Positions 19,230 to 29,559 of a stretch of 64,000 nt of DNA are shown here, piece after piece. The stretch spans positions 16,513 to 80,512 of the forward strand of contig CAVUQE010000013.1 in assembly GCA_963743365.1 (NCBI GenBank). Direction: 5' to 3'. The notes under the pieces were generated by a model. It searched no databases, was not told the DNA's origin, and saw only the letters and a list, made by a program, of their open reading frames with translations. The stretch comes from an uncultured Acidobacteriaceae bacterium. GTDB lineage: Bacteria > Acidobacteriota > Terriglobia > Terriglobales > Acidobacteriaceae. Position numbers and translations under genes: made by a program. Within the stretch, counting starts at the first letter, position 1, and each line of letters opens with the position of its first letter.

Positions 19230-20384
19230 ATGAAACCACGAGGTCTTCGCGCCGTCCTCAAAGCCCTGCTTCTCGCTGCCTGCCTCCCTCTCTTTGCCTC
19301 TGCCCAAACGCCGGCCGCTCCTGCTGCACCGGCGCCTGCGATTCCACCCTATGTCTCGCCGGAGGTCCACTCCGATGGCACGGTGACGCTGCGCCTGCGT
19401 GCGCCCAACGCGCAGAAAGTCAACCTGGTGCTCGAAGGTGCAGTCACGGCGATGCAGCAGGGGGCGGACGGTTTGTGGACCGTGACTACACCGGTCCTGG
19501 CGCCTGAAATCTATGCTTATCGTTTTGAGGTCGATGGCACGCCGACACTGGACCCCAGGAACGTCGATGTGCGCGACAATCTTCTGACCCTCTGGAGCAA
19601 TCTCACCATCCCCGGCACGCCGCCTGCGCCGTGGGAGTTGCAGTCCATCCCGCATGGCATCGTGGAACACCATTTCTACACCTCGCAGGTGGTCCTGGGC
19701 CTGCCTAACAATCAAAGCGATTACTACGTCTATACACCGCCCGGCTATAACCCCAAGTCAAAGGAAAAATATCCCGTGCTCTACCTTCTGCACGGCTACA
19801 GCGATGCGGCTGACGGCTGGACCCAGGTGGGCAAAGCGAACTTCATCCTCGACAGCCTGATTGCCTCCGGCAAAGCCAAGCCGATGATTGTGGTGATGAC
19901 GCTGGGGTACGGCAACATGGCAGTGCTTAAGCCGGGGCGCACCCCTGAACTCGGTGAGCAGAACTACGACTTGTATCAAAAGGCGCTTGTCACCGAAGTA
20001 ATCCCGCAGATCGAGGCCAATTATCACGTATCAAAGAAGCGCGAGGACCGCGCCATCGCCGGACTTTCCATGGGCGGCCACGAAAGCCTGTTCGTCGGGC
20101 TAACTCATCCTGAGCTCTTTGCCTGGATCGGTACCTTCTCCGCCGGCCTCAATGCCAAAGCCATCGCGGATCTTCCCCAGACCAACGCGCAGAAGGCCAA
20201 CCTTCGTCTGCTGTGGATGGCTTGCGGTGTAGACGATGGGCTGCTCAAGCCAAACCAGGCCGTGATCGCCGCTCTCAAAGCCGAGGGGGTTCCGGTGACC
20301 GCCATCGAAACCCCGGGTCACCATCAATGGCCCGTCTGGCGCGACAATCTCATCCATTTCGCTCCGTTACTGTTCCAGAAGTAG
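19230..20384 (+). CDS. secreted esterase-family alpha/beta hydrolase with an N-terminal Ig-like/CBM48-like domain
   Basis: 384-aa ORF with a signal peptide. The N-terminal domain reads VTLRLRAPNAQKVNLVLEG...WTVTTP...YAYRFEVDG. The putative-esterase core has YPVLYLLHGYSD and the nucleophile elbow GLSMGG. Confidence 0.82.
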   Translation: MKPRGLRAVLKALLLAACLPLFASAQTPAAPAAPAPAIPPYVSPEVHSDGTVTLRLRAPNAQKVNLVLEGAVTAMQQGADGLWTVTTPVLAPEIYAYRFEVDGTPTLDPRNVDVRDNLLTLWSNLTIPGTPPAPWELQSIPHGIVEHHFYTSQVVLGLPNNQSDYYVYTPPGYNPKSKEKYPVLYLLHGYSDAADGWTQVGKANFILDSLIASGKAKPMIVVMTLGYGNMAVLKPGRTPELGEQNYDLYQKALVTEVIPQIEANYHVSKKREDRAIAGLSMGGHESLFVGLTHPELFAWIGTFSAGLNAKAIADLPQTNAQKANLRLLWMACGVDDGLLKPNQAVIAALKAEGVPVTAIETPGHHQWPVWRDNLIHFAPLLFQK

Positions 20385-20386
20385 AA

Positions 20387-23133
20387 CTACTCCGAGTGAA
20401 GGACGGAAAGCAAATCGGTACGCGCTGCGTCGGCCGCGGGTAGAGCGCTGGCCAGCAGCGCCACGATCGTCATCAGCGCCCAGGCAGTCCAGAAGGAGAC
20501 TGCATCATGCGCTGTTACGCCGACCAGCAGGCTGGCCAGCAACCTGCTCAACAGCAACGCAGTGCTTACCCCAAGCACGCCGCCCAGGACAATCAATCGC
20601 GCCGCCTGCATGACTACCAGGCGCAGCAGCCGGTTTCGCGGCGCACCCAAAGCCAGGCGTATGCCCATCTCATGCCTGCGCTGGTTGACCGAGTAAGCAA
20701 AGACTCCGTAGACGCCAACCGCAGACAGGATCACTGCCAGCAGCGCAAAGCAGACGATGAGCAGCATGATGAGCCGGCGCTGGGCGATGGCATCGGAGAC
20801 ACGCTCGATCCATGGTTTGGATGTCAAAGATAGGTTGCTCACTGTCAACCGCCGTGACGGCATGGCGCAGGGCATCCGCGAGCATCGCGGGATTGTTCGC
20901 AGAGCGCAGATGCAATGTTGAGGTGTTATCGCGGGAATTGAGCCATGGGGACAAAGAATTCAGGCTGCACATCCTGTTCCAGTCCACTGTGCCGTACGTC
21001 GTCCGCGATGCCTACAATCGTTATCCACTTGAATGGATTAGAACGTTTTTGGGCATCGCTCCAACGGGCGAATCGCTTGCCCAGTGCGTCCCCAGCGAAG
21101 TAACGCTTGGCGAAGGCCAGGTTGACGATGGCAACCCGTGGAGATGTCTGGTTGTCTTCTCTGGCGAACGCACGCCCTTTGAAAATAGGAGTGCTGCACT
21201 GCGCGGAAGTAATCCGGCGTCACACTGATGCGATACGAGAGAGGCAAGTTTTCTTTCCAGGTTGCCATCGTCTCGTTAAATACGATGGTGGTCGCCGCCA
21301 AAGCTGTTGGTTCCAGTGGAAGCGCATTCGTAGCAGCCGCTGCCTCGACTCCGGGGAGTGCCTGCAGTCGAGGCATTAACTCATCGACAAAATTGCGGAT
21401 GCGCTGCTGCCCCGCATCGCCCAAATAACGCTGGCCAGTCAGCTCCGTGACTCCGGTGAGCAGTATTGCCTGGATCGAAGCCAGAATCGTAGTGCAGAAC
21501 ATTGACAAAGCTGCGGATCAACAAGCCAGCCGAGCAGAGCAGCACAACGGCCAGCCCGACCTCCATGATAAGCAGCGCGTGCCGCAGTAGTCGCTGCTCC
21601 CGTCCAGAGCTGATGCGCAGAGCGGCCGCCTGCAAAGCGTTCCTCAGATCAGTGCGGGTGGCACCGATTGCAGGCGCCAATCCAAAGAGCAAGGTGGTCA
21701 GCAGGGCAAGCCCCACGGTGAAGGCCACCACCCATCCATCGACATAGACGAACCGTACTTACTTTGCCGAAGGGCAGACGCAACAGTTGGGCGGCCCGCG
21801 AATGGAGAGACATCTGCGAGGCCTCGAGCGTCCCTGTGTCGTATCAGCGAAGTGACGACGAAGGCGAGGCGAGCCCCAAAGCGGCAGCCAGCGATGCGAG
21901 AATCAGACTTTCGACAAGAAATTGGCGGATGAGACGCAGGCGGGAAGCGCCGAGAGCGCCGCGCAGGGCCGTCTCATGCCGTCGGGATACGGCCCGCGCC
22001 AGTTGCAGATTGGCGACATTTGTGCACGCTATCAGCAGGACTGCAGCTACGGAGACGAGAAGAATGTAGAGTGGCTCTTCGGTCGTCACCGGTGAGATGA
22101 CGCTGCAATGGCTCAACGATCATCGACGGCCGGCAAGAATGGCGCGATTTGACGGGGGATAGCCCTTTGCGCACGTCCGAAGAGAAGGCCTGCATCTCGG
22201 CTTGCGCTTGTTCCATGCTCATTCCTGGCGTAGGCGGCAATGACTTTCATCCTGAAGACGGCCTCTCGACGGGTAACATTGGTGTCGTTCCAAGACGGGG
22301 CAGGCGCATAGTACGTCGGGCTCCACGACATATCGGGAAAACGAAATGAGGCGGCATCACACCGATGATCGTCTGCTCTTTGCCGTTCAGGTTACGGCCT
22401 TACCGACAATTGCAGGGTCGGCATGGAACTTGTTGCGCCACAAACGATCGCTCAAGAGGATGAGAGGCGGTCCGCCGAAATGGTCCTCCTCCTCGGAAAA
22501 ATTGCGCCCGAGCTGCGGCTCCACACCGAGCATGGGAAAAAAGTTAGCGCTCACGTTGATGCGATTCACGCTCACAGGGTCGCCACCACTAATCAGGTTC
22601 GAATTGAGACCGCGGTTACAGTATCCGGCGAACTGCTGGAAAGAGTTGGTGCCCAACTTTGCGCGCAACGAAATCGGGGGAGAGGATCACGTCCCATCTT
22701 CGGGCCTAGACAGCTCGGACGAGACGTACATTAGCTGATGCGAGTTGTAATAAGGCAGTGGGCGCAGCAGCAGGGAATAGACAGCGGAAAAGATGGCTGT
22801 GGTAGCGCCAATGCCTAATCCCAAGGTGATGACCGCGGTCAGAGTGAATCCGCGGTTGCGACCCAATTGCCGCAGGGCATAGCGCACGTCCTGCCAAAGG
22901 AGTTCGATCCCGGTGCCGGCACGGTGCTCACGCACCTCCTGCTTTACTTGCTCGATGCCGCCGAGCTCTGCCAATGCAATACGCCGCGCCTCGGACGCAG
23001 AGATGCCGGCTGAGATCTTTTCATCCGTGACCATGTCGACATAGCCACGGACCTCCTGATCGAGGTCGCTCTCGATTTGCGGCTTGCGGAAGAGATTGCG
23101 CACGGCGCTCTTAATGCGGGACCAGAGCTTCAT
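20387..23133 (-). pseudogene. ADOP-type (MacB/FtsX-like duplicated) ABC permease, disrupted by multiple frameshifts
   Basis: Colinear homology to one roughly 900-aa permease is split over at least 8 ORF-track pieces in different frames. The main pieces are 22687-23133 (N-terminus and TM1), 22387-22668 (periplasmic domain), 21974-22240, 21844-22116 (first FtsX), 21381-21731, 21038-21508, 20670-20987 and 20387-20875 (second FtsX). Confidence 0.8.
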
Positions 23134-23142
23134 TCTTCCCCC

Positions 23143-23475
23143 TTAGGTCGCCTTCAAAGCGTTTGCCATAGCCAGGGCGACCTTCTTCCATTGCTCCGTT
23201 TCAGCTCCAAGCTGGCGTTCTCCGGTTTTGGTGAGGCGATAAAACTTGGCGCGGCGGTTGTTTTCCGATTCACCCCAGGCAGAGATCAGCCAACCGGCTT
23301 CCTCCATGCGATGAAGAGCAGGAAAGAGCGATCCCGGCTTCACCTGGAAGGTTCCATGCGTGACCTGCTCGATACGCCGCGAAATACCTAGCCCGTGCAT
23401 CTCGCCCAGGGCCAGCGATTTCAGGATCAAGAGATCGAGAGTGCCTTGCAAAAGATTTGTCTGCGTAGGGCTCAC
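23143..23475 (-). CDS. PadR-family transcriptional regulator
   Basis: 110-aa ORF with LQGTLDLLILKSLALGEMHGLGISRRIEQ...GSLFPALHRMEEAGWI...NNRRAKFYRLTKTGE. It sits directly upstream of the permease remnant. Confidence 0.9.
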   Translation of the reverse strand: MSPTQTNLLQGTLDLLILKSLALGEMHGLGISRRIEQVTHGTFQVKPGSLFPALHRMEEAGWLISAWGESENNRRAKFYRLTKTGERQLGAETEQWKKVALAMANALKAT

Positions 23476-23699
23476 TGGATTGCTCCTATAGATGAACTAT
23501 ATGAATGTGAGCTGGTTTATATAGATTGTCAATAGGAGCCGGCGGTTTTTCATTGCTAGGCCAGCTCGGCAGGCTCGGACCCCGCCAGCAACGAATTTCC
23601 CCCTGATCTAAGAAAGGTTGGCCCATTTAGACCCTCGTTTTCGCATTAGTGAGTGAAGGCAGTTGAAGCCAGACATCTCGAGAAACGGAGACGGCGGTC

Positions 23700-24641
23700 A
23701 TGAAGTATCAAAACCTGGTCTGCACTCTTCTTCATGTAGCCGTCCTGCTGGCATTTGGCCCGATACCCGCGACGGCAGAATCCTCACAGCCGGTAACCGT
23801 GTCCATGCGTCCCTACAAGGGTGCCCGCTCCGTGGTGGCGGTGAAGCTGAATGGGGCTGGGCCCTACGATTTCATGGTGGATACCGGCGCAACGGTTACT
23901 GTGGTCGACGCCGCTCTGTTCCAGGAGCTTGGGCTGCGTCCCCAGGGCTCCTCACAGATAACCAGTTCGGCGGGCGCGACCGATCAGATCCTCTCCGTTG
24001 TACAAGAGATCACTTTGGACTCTCTGTCGGCACGCAACATCGTAGTGGTAAGCATGAAATCCCCAATGACAGGAACGGGCTTGGCCGGCGTGCGGGGAAT
24101 TCTGGGGGAAAACTTTCTGCGGCATTTCGACATCCTGCTCGACAATCAGCACCGAAGGATGATTTTGGATGCCGGAGACGGCCTGGCCAATTCGTTGGAC
24201 GGCGAACACCTGCCGATTACCTTTCCGTCTCTACCCCAGGGAGGCGAGAACCGGTATCAGCCCATGATTTCGGTGACCGTGCAGGCCTATGGTCAGGCGA
24301 GCCTGTTGCTGGATAGCGGCGCGACCACGCTGGTTCTTCTTCGGTGGCGAAATCGCTTGCAGGCTTCGTCGAGCGCGATGAGGCTGAGAACCGTCAATGG
24401 ATCGTTGCCATGCGAATCCACAGACGACAGAGTCTCATTGGGCAACAGTTTGGTGAGCCATTTCAGGATGCTGAGGTGCCAAAGTGAGACTGTGAAGCCG
24501 CAGGATCGCACGGGGGTTCTTCCCACCGCGATCTTCAAACAGATCTTCATCTGTCATGGCGGTTCCTATGCCATCATCAATCCCACCCAACGTTCTAACG
24601 CTGCGCAGGAGATGGCGGCAATCACGCCGGTGTCGCAATGA
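23700..24641 (+). CDS. secreted aspartic protease with two retropepsin-like lobes
   Basis: 313-aa ORF with a signal peptide. Two catalytic-type motifs, FMVDTGATVTVV and LLLDSGATTLVL, lie about 150 residues apart, and each is followed by a (I/V)LG/LP...F tail. Confidence 0.72.
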   Translation: MKYQNLVCTLLHVAVLLAFGPIPATAESSQPVTVSMRPYKGARSVVAVKLNGAGPYDFMVDTGATVTVVDAALFQELGLRPQGSSQITSSAGATDQILSVVQEITLDSLSARNIVVVSMKSPMTGTGLAGVRGILGENFLRHFDILLDNQHRRMILDAGDGLANSLDGEHLPITFPSLPQGGENRYQPMISVTVQAYGQASLLLDSGATTLVLLRWRNRLQASSSAMRLRTVNGSLPCESTDDRVSLGNSLVSHFRMLRCQSETVKPQDRTGVLPTAIFKQIFICHGGSYAIINPTQRSNAAQEMAAITPVSQ

Positions 24642-24758
24642 CTCGGCAGCCCAGGGTGGGGACGGTTGCCGTCGAGATTCGCGTATGCGTCTGCCGTTGT
24701 ATTGCCTAGCGATATCGCGATACCAGATGCAGCCAAAGCGTGGCTGTGTGGTGTTAAG

Positions 24759-27602
24759 CTATCGCGCGGACGGATCGAAGTTTTCCATCAACCACACATC
24801 AGATTTCTGCTCCATGATGCTCACGATCATGAGCTTTCCGTCCGGGCTCACGCTTGCGCCGTCCCGCTCGGCAACATCGCCGGGCAACGTTGCCAATGCG
24901 TTAACTTTGCTCGGAGCGGCGACTTGAACCTGGCTAATCTCTCGCCCCGAGTCTGCTCCGTTTTGCCGGATCGCGTAAAGGTATTTTCCATCCGGAGACC
25001 AGCCGGCAGGATAAAAGATGCCAATCGGCAAGAACGTTTCGGAATACGATTCCAGGGAAATAATCCAGATGCCCCAGCCCCCACCTTTTAGCCCTCCCTC
25101 GACGGCTATTTTCTTGCCGTCCGGTGAGAACACTGGTTTTGAATAAACGTGGTGCACTAATTCGTGGTCGCGCGGAATGACGGGTTTTTCCTGGTGTGTC
25201 TTGCTGTCGATCCGCAGAAGATTTCGAAGGTCCGGTTGTTGGTAGACGATGTCGCTGCCCGGCCACCAGGCAACTCTGTTGGTCGTCTCCGAAGCGTTTG
25301 TCTGTTCCAGTGGTTGAGCAGCGCCACCATTGGCGTCGATCAGCCATACTTTGGGTGTTCCCTTTTGATCGCTGATGAAGGCGATGCGCTGGCCGTCCGG
25401 TGACCACGCTGGGCTGGCGGTTGCGGCGCGCTCAAAAAAGGTGAGTTGCACCGGCTCTCCACCTGTGACTGGCATTTTGAAGATGTTGGTCTCGTCGGCA
25501 CTCGGCCCAAGCGCGAAGGCTATCCAACGTCCGTCAGGAGAGAAACCAGGTGCGCCGTAAAAAGAAGTGCCGGAGGTCAGGCGACTGATTTCTGGTTTTG
25601 CACTCTTCCCGGCGGCTGGAAGCTGAACTCTCCATAGGTTCGCATGATCATCCTGTCGCGTGTACGCCAGCCGAGACCCATCGTTGGAGAGAGTGAAGAA
25701 CTCGCCGGTTTGCAGGCCGTCGGCCAGTACTTCTGGTTGGGCGTCTCCGGGAGAAGTGGACACCTTTGAAAGCGTTTTTGTGCTTCCTTTTCCGTGTAGG
25801 TAATAGACTGAGTCGGCAGCCGGAGACCACCGCGCCGAGTAGATGCGATCGCTTTCTTCCAACAGCTTGCGTTCTTCGCTGCCATCCGGCCTGAAGGTCC
25901 GAATCTGAAAGTTGTTAGACGTCTGGGTCACTGCCAAAATCAAAGCTGCGCGAGCAGAACAGTCAATATCTTCCAGCCATACGTAGTCAGATAGCCGGAC
26001 GTCCTTCGCCTCCGCGCTGCGCTTGTTCACCAATCTGAATCCCGCGTATCCACCCCCATAAGCCGTGACAATCTGAAACCCATCAGGGGAGAGCCAGCAA
26101 CCATATCCCCCACCTCCTATGGAGCGAACAGTTCCACCCAACCGGGAAACAACAAAAATACCGAAGCTTTTCGCCGTGGGATCGGCCTCATGCCGCTCGA
26201 ACAGCACTTCGGAGCCGTCCGGCGACCATCTTGGACGGCTTATGCCTGTGCCCTGTGCCAGCTCAAGTTCTGCTCCGTTGGACGCTTGCACCATCAGCTT
26301 CTGTTTCTCGCCGGGTTTCTTCGACACATACGACACAAACAAACCGTCCGGCGAGATGGCAGGATCATAAGCATCTCCTGAAAACGTGAATTGCTTGTGT
26401 GTCATCTGGGCGTGCGAGAGATTGCTTGGACGCAAGCTGTGCGTTGAATACAGCAATGCTCCGATCAGGAGAGCAAAGAGGACGAGGCCCGCTGCCAGCA
26501 CCAATTTGTGTCCCTTGACGAAGATGAGCAATGCAGAGCCGCCCGCATCTTCTCTCGGAAATTTCGCGGCGTTACCGGAGGTATCCGACAACGCATCCAG
26601 AGCAAAGGCCAAGTCGGAAGCCGACTGGAAGCGCTGTTCCGGGCTCTTTTCCAGGCAACGATGCACGACTCGCTGCAGTGCCGGAGGAATGTTTGTGGTG
26701 ACCTGCGAAATCCCCGCCGGGTCTTCGTTGAGGATGGCGCTCAACGTGTCCGCGGAGGTTGGCTTCTGAAACGCTCGCTTGCCCGCCAGCATTTCATACA
26801 GAATCGCGCCAAGGGCAAAGATGTCAGCGCGGTGGTCGGCAGCTTGTCCCCTAACCTGCTCCGGCGACATGTAGCCCACGGTCCCCATCATCACGCCCGG
26901 CTCGGTTCCCTCTGTGTGGTCCGAACTGGTACGCGGGCGAGTTAACTTCGCCAGCCCGAAGTCCAGAATCTTCACCCTGCCATCTCTGGTGACGAACAGG
27001 TTCTCTGGCTTCAGGTCGCGATGGACGATGCCCTTTTCATGCGCTGCCGCCAGACCGCGCGCGATCTGCACCCCATAGTCAATTGCCCGGCGCACTGATA
27101 GGCGGCTGCTCTTGATCTGCTCCCGCAGCGTTTCTCCCTCTAACAGCTCCGAAACTAGGTATGGAGCACCCTCATAGGTGCCCATCTGAAACACGGCAAG
27201 GATGTTGGGATGGTTCAGTGCCGCCGCCGCTCGCGCCTCCTGCTCGAAGCGCCGCAGCCGATCGGAGTCAGCGGAGAGCAAAGGGAGGACCTTGATCGCT
27301 ACATCACGCCCGAGCCGCGCATCGCGGGCGCGATAAACCTCACCCATCCCACCGGAACCGAGCAGCGATTTGACCTCATAGTCGCCCAGCTTTGTCCCAG
27401 AGGTGAGCGTTACCACCCGCGGGGAAGCCTGCAGGAAGCTGGAGCGCACGTCAGGACTGGAAGCGAGGAGAGTTTCGACTTCCTGCCGCAAGGATGAATC
27501 GGACGCACAGTTTTTCTCCACAAACGCGGAGCGCTGTTCCGGCGCCAATTCCAGCGCCTCCTCCAGCACATCCCGAATCTGTTGCCAGCGTTCCGGCGTC
27601 AT
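24759..27602 (-). CDS. Ser/Thr protein kinase fused to a TM segment and a TolB-like PD40 beta-propeller
   Basis: Kinase motifs GSGGMGEVYRA, HRDLKPEN, DFGLAK and GTVGYMSPE, then a TM segment and many SPDG blades. The ATG at 27602 overlaps the sigma-factor stop (ATGA). The ORF track extends to 27638. Confidence 0.9.
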   Translation of the reverse strand: MTPERWQQIRDVLEEALELAPEQRSAFVEKNCASDSSLRQEVETLLASSPDVRSSFLQASPRVVTLTSGTKLGDYEVKSLLGSGGMGEVYRARDARLGRDVAIKVLPLLSADSDRLRRFEQEARAAAALNHPNILAVFQMGTYEGAPYLVSELLEGETLREQIKSSRLSVRRAIDYGVQIARGLAAAHEKGIVHRDLKPENLFVTRDGRVKILDFGLAKLTRPRTSSDHTEGTEPGVMMGTVGYMSPEQVRGQAADHRADIFALGAILYEMLAGKRAFQKPTSADTLSAILNEDPAGISQVTTNIPPALQRVVHRCLEKSPEQRFQSASDLAFALDALSDTSGNAAKFPREDAGGSALLIFVKGHKLVLAAGLVLFALLIGALLYSTHSLRPSNLSHAQMTHKQFTFSGDAYDPAISPDGLFVSYVSKKPGEKQKLMVQASNGAELELAQGTGISRPRWSPDGSEVLFERHEADPTAKSFGIFVVSRLGGTVRSIGGGGYGCWLSPDGFQIVTAYGGGYAGFRLVNKRSAEAKDVRLSDYVWLEDIDCSARAALILAVTQTSNNFQIRTFRPDGSEERKLLEESDRIYSARWSPAADSVYYLHGKGSTKTLSKVSTSPGDAQPEVLADGLQTGEFFTLSNDGSRLAYTRQDDHANLWRVQLPAAGKSAKPEISRLTSGTSFYGAPGFSPDGRWIAFALGPSADETNIFKMPVTGGEPVQLTFFERAATASPAWSPDGQRIAFISDQKGTPKVWLIDANGGAAQPLEQTNASETTNRVAWWPGSDIVYQQPDLRNLLRIDSKTHQEKPVIPRDHELVHHVYSKPVFSPDGKKIAVEGGLKGGGWGIWIISLESYSETFLPIGIFYPAGWSPDGKYLYAIRQNGADSGREISQVQVAAPSKVNALATLPGDVAERDGASVSPDGKLMIVSIMEQKSDVWLMENFDPSAR

Positions 27603-28183
27603 GGTCTTGTTGACTTGCTCAGCTCGTGATGTAGCCAAAGCCTGGCCGTAGTCCAGTATCTCTTCACGGTGGTTAGCGAGATATTGAGTGCCCGCGAGGT
27701 TTCTTCGATGGAAAGACCTCCGAAAAATCTCAGCTCCACGATGCGGCTCTGCAGCGCATCAAGTTTAGCCAGTTCGTTCAGAGCGTCGTCGAGAGCGACC
27801 ATATCTACACTTCGGACCTTGAACGCCAACGCGTCATCCAGGGTCAAGCGGTAGCCTCCATCCCGCTTGGCAGCATTGCGGCTGCGTGCGTACTCAACCA
27901 GAATCTGGCGCATCAATTGCGCGCAGACGGCTACGAAATGTTCCCGATTCTGGAACTGACCTGCACCTTGCTTCTCCAGCCGCAGATAGGTCTCGTGCAC
28001 CAGGGCGGTGCTTTGCAGAGTGTGGTCAGGACGGTCTTTTTGCAGGTGATGATGCGCCACCCGCCGGAGCTCGTCATAAACCAGAGGAAGTACGGCGCGC
28101 AACGCCTCGTCGTCACCGGCCTGCCAGTTGGCCAGTAACTCGCTGACGGTCTTGGGCGGAAGTTGCGACAACCAGCCTCCCAA
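27599..28183 (-). CDS. ECF-type RNA polymerase sigma factor (kinase-associated type)
   Basis: 194-aa ORF with region 2 (LVHETYLRL) and region 4 (RFFGGLSIEETSRALNISLTTVKRYW). Translationally coupled to the downstream kinase. Confidence 0.9.
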   Translation of the reverse strand: MGGWLSQLPPKTVSELLANWQAGDDEALRAVLPLVYDELRRVAHHHLQKDRPDHTLQSTALVHETYLRLEKQGAGQFQNREHFVAVCAQLMRQILVEYARSRNAAKRDGGYRLTLDDALAFKVRSVDMVALDDALNELAKLDALQSRIVELRFFGGLSIEETSRALNISLTTVKRYWTTARLWLHHELSKSTRP

Positions 28184-28890
28184 CGCGCACCCGCAGTAGC
28201 TTGAGCATCAAGGTAGCCGCACCCAGGGCGCATGTCAATCGATTAGAGAGCGTGTACTTCGCAGGCAAGCACCTGGTTACCCAGGGGGCAAATCTGAGAT
28301 ATCAAAAAATATTCATGATTGCTGGACCAAATCTCCAGGCAATTTCGCTTAAGCAGATAACAAGGAGTTCACAACTGATCGTTGGCCTCGCGAGTCACAA
28401 AGGGATATCTCGGGTAGCCGAGGTATTCGTATTCGTCCGGGACGGGAGAGGTTATGTAGGGGACTAAATCCTTGATTTTTCTCCGGGAGGAGCTATCTAT
28501 GAACTGCCAATCGCAACAGAAGGTGCCGCTCAACCCGGCTCGCGACCACATCACGCCGTCTCACCTCAGCGCCCTGCGCGTCATGGTGTTGAAGGCCACG
28601 GTGATACGCCTTAGGAGGAAGGCACGCCTGCGCGAAGCTTGAAGAAGGTCGAGCGCGTGACCCCCGTCGTCCTCAGGAGGATAGGGATCGAGCAATCGTA
28701 CCGGCCGGCCTACTCTGGGGGCAGGTTGTTCAATCCCGATTTAGGCCGAAGGGGATCAGTGTCACGGTCATGGCAAATCCGCTGCCTGCCCCGCTTGAAC
28801 GCCGATATCCGGTATCGGACGTCCCCCTTGCTCTCAAAAACCGACAGGAGTACCGTGGTTGCATCGTACGTATGGACCTGGGGGCCAGAT

Positions 28891-29466
28891 ATGAAATGCG
28901 CCAACGTCCTCTCGCTCGCCGTCCTGCTAACCGGTACCTGTGCATTTAGCCAGGAGCCAGCCATGGGTTCCAACGCAAAGCTAGTACTAGCGACGCCTTC
29001 CTTGCACATGAACAGCACCAATTGTCCGGTCGGCCTGCAGGTAAAACATGGGCCTGGGCTCGCTACGAGCAGGGGCGCCGATGGTCCCTCCATCAATGGG
29101 AAGCCTCTTCGTTACGGCCAGGTCCAAGTGCCGGATCAGAATCAGGGCATCCACCTCACCTTGATCAATCTCTCGCCGCAGCCCATCGTGAGCGCGCAAA
29201 TCGTCATTCACGGATTCAGTAACAAGTGGAGATACATCCCCTTGTCAGGAGCGGATCCCGATCTGGCAAGGACGGTCGATGTCGCACTGGACGTGCAAGG
29301 AAACGGCCAGGCTTCGCGCAACCTTTTGTTAAGCCACTTCACTGCGATCACTGCCGTAGACGTCGACGCGATTACCTACGCCGAAGGCTCCAGCTGGCAC
29401 ACCTCTTCACCGGAGGCCTGTAGCGCGTCCCCCGACCTGTTCATGTTAGTGAACGCTGAGCGATAA
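28891..29466 (+). CDS. hypothetical secreted protein
   Basis: The ATG at 28891 starts a clear signal peptide (MKCANVLSLAVLLTGTCAFSQEP). The 84 upstream in-frame codons of ORF 28639.. look non-coding. Confidence 0.55.
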   Translation: MKCANVLSLAVLLTGTCAFSQEPAMGSNAKLVLATPSLHMNSTNCPVGLQVKHGPGLATSRGADGPSINGKPLRYGQVQVPDQNQGIHLTLINLSPQPIVSAQIVIHGFSNKWRYIPLSGADPDLARTVDVALDVQGNGQASRNLLLSHFTAITAVDVDAITYAEGSSWHTSSPEACSASPDLFMLVNAER

Positions 29467-29559
29467 TCAGGCGGAATGAACTGACATCGTATAGCTGCGC
29501 GTCTCGTCTATACAGAGGTCAAGCGTTCGTACCCTGCAAGCCATGGAGGAATTGTTCCG

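Noticed and set aside
23476-23560. AT-rich region with the near-repeats TATAGATGAAC and TATAGATTGTC upstream of padR, considered as a PadR operator.
   Set aside because: I could not identify a clean ATGT-N8-ACAT-type palindrome, so it is left as an ordinary AT-rich promoter region.
28639-28890. N-terminal extension of the secreted protein ORF (start at 28639).
   Set aside because: The extension is Arg-rich with no signal peptide, while a classic signal peptide begins at the internal ATG at 28891.
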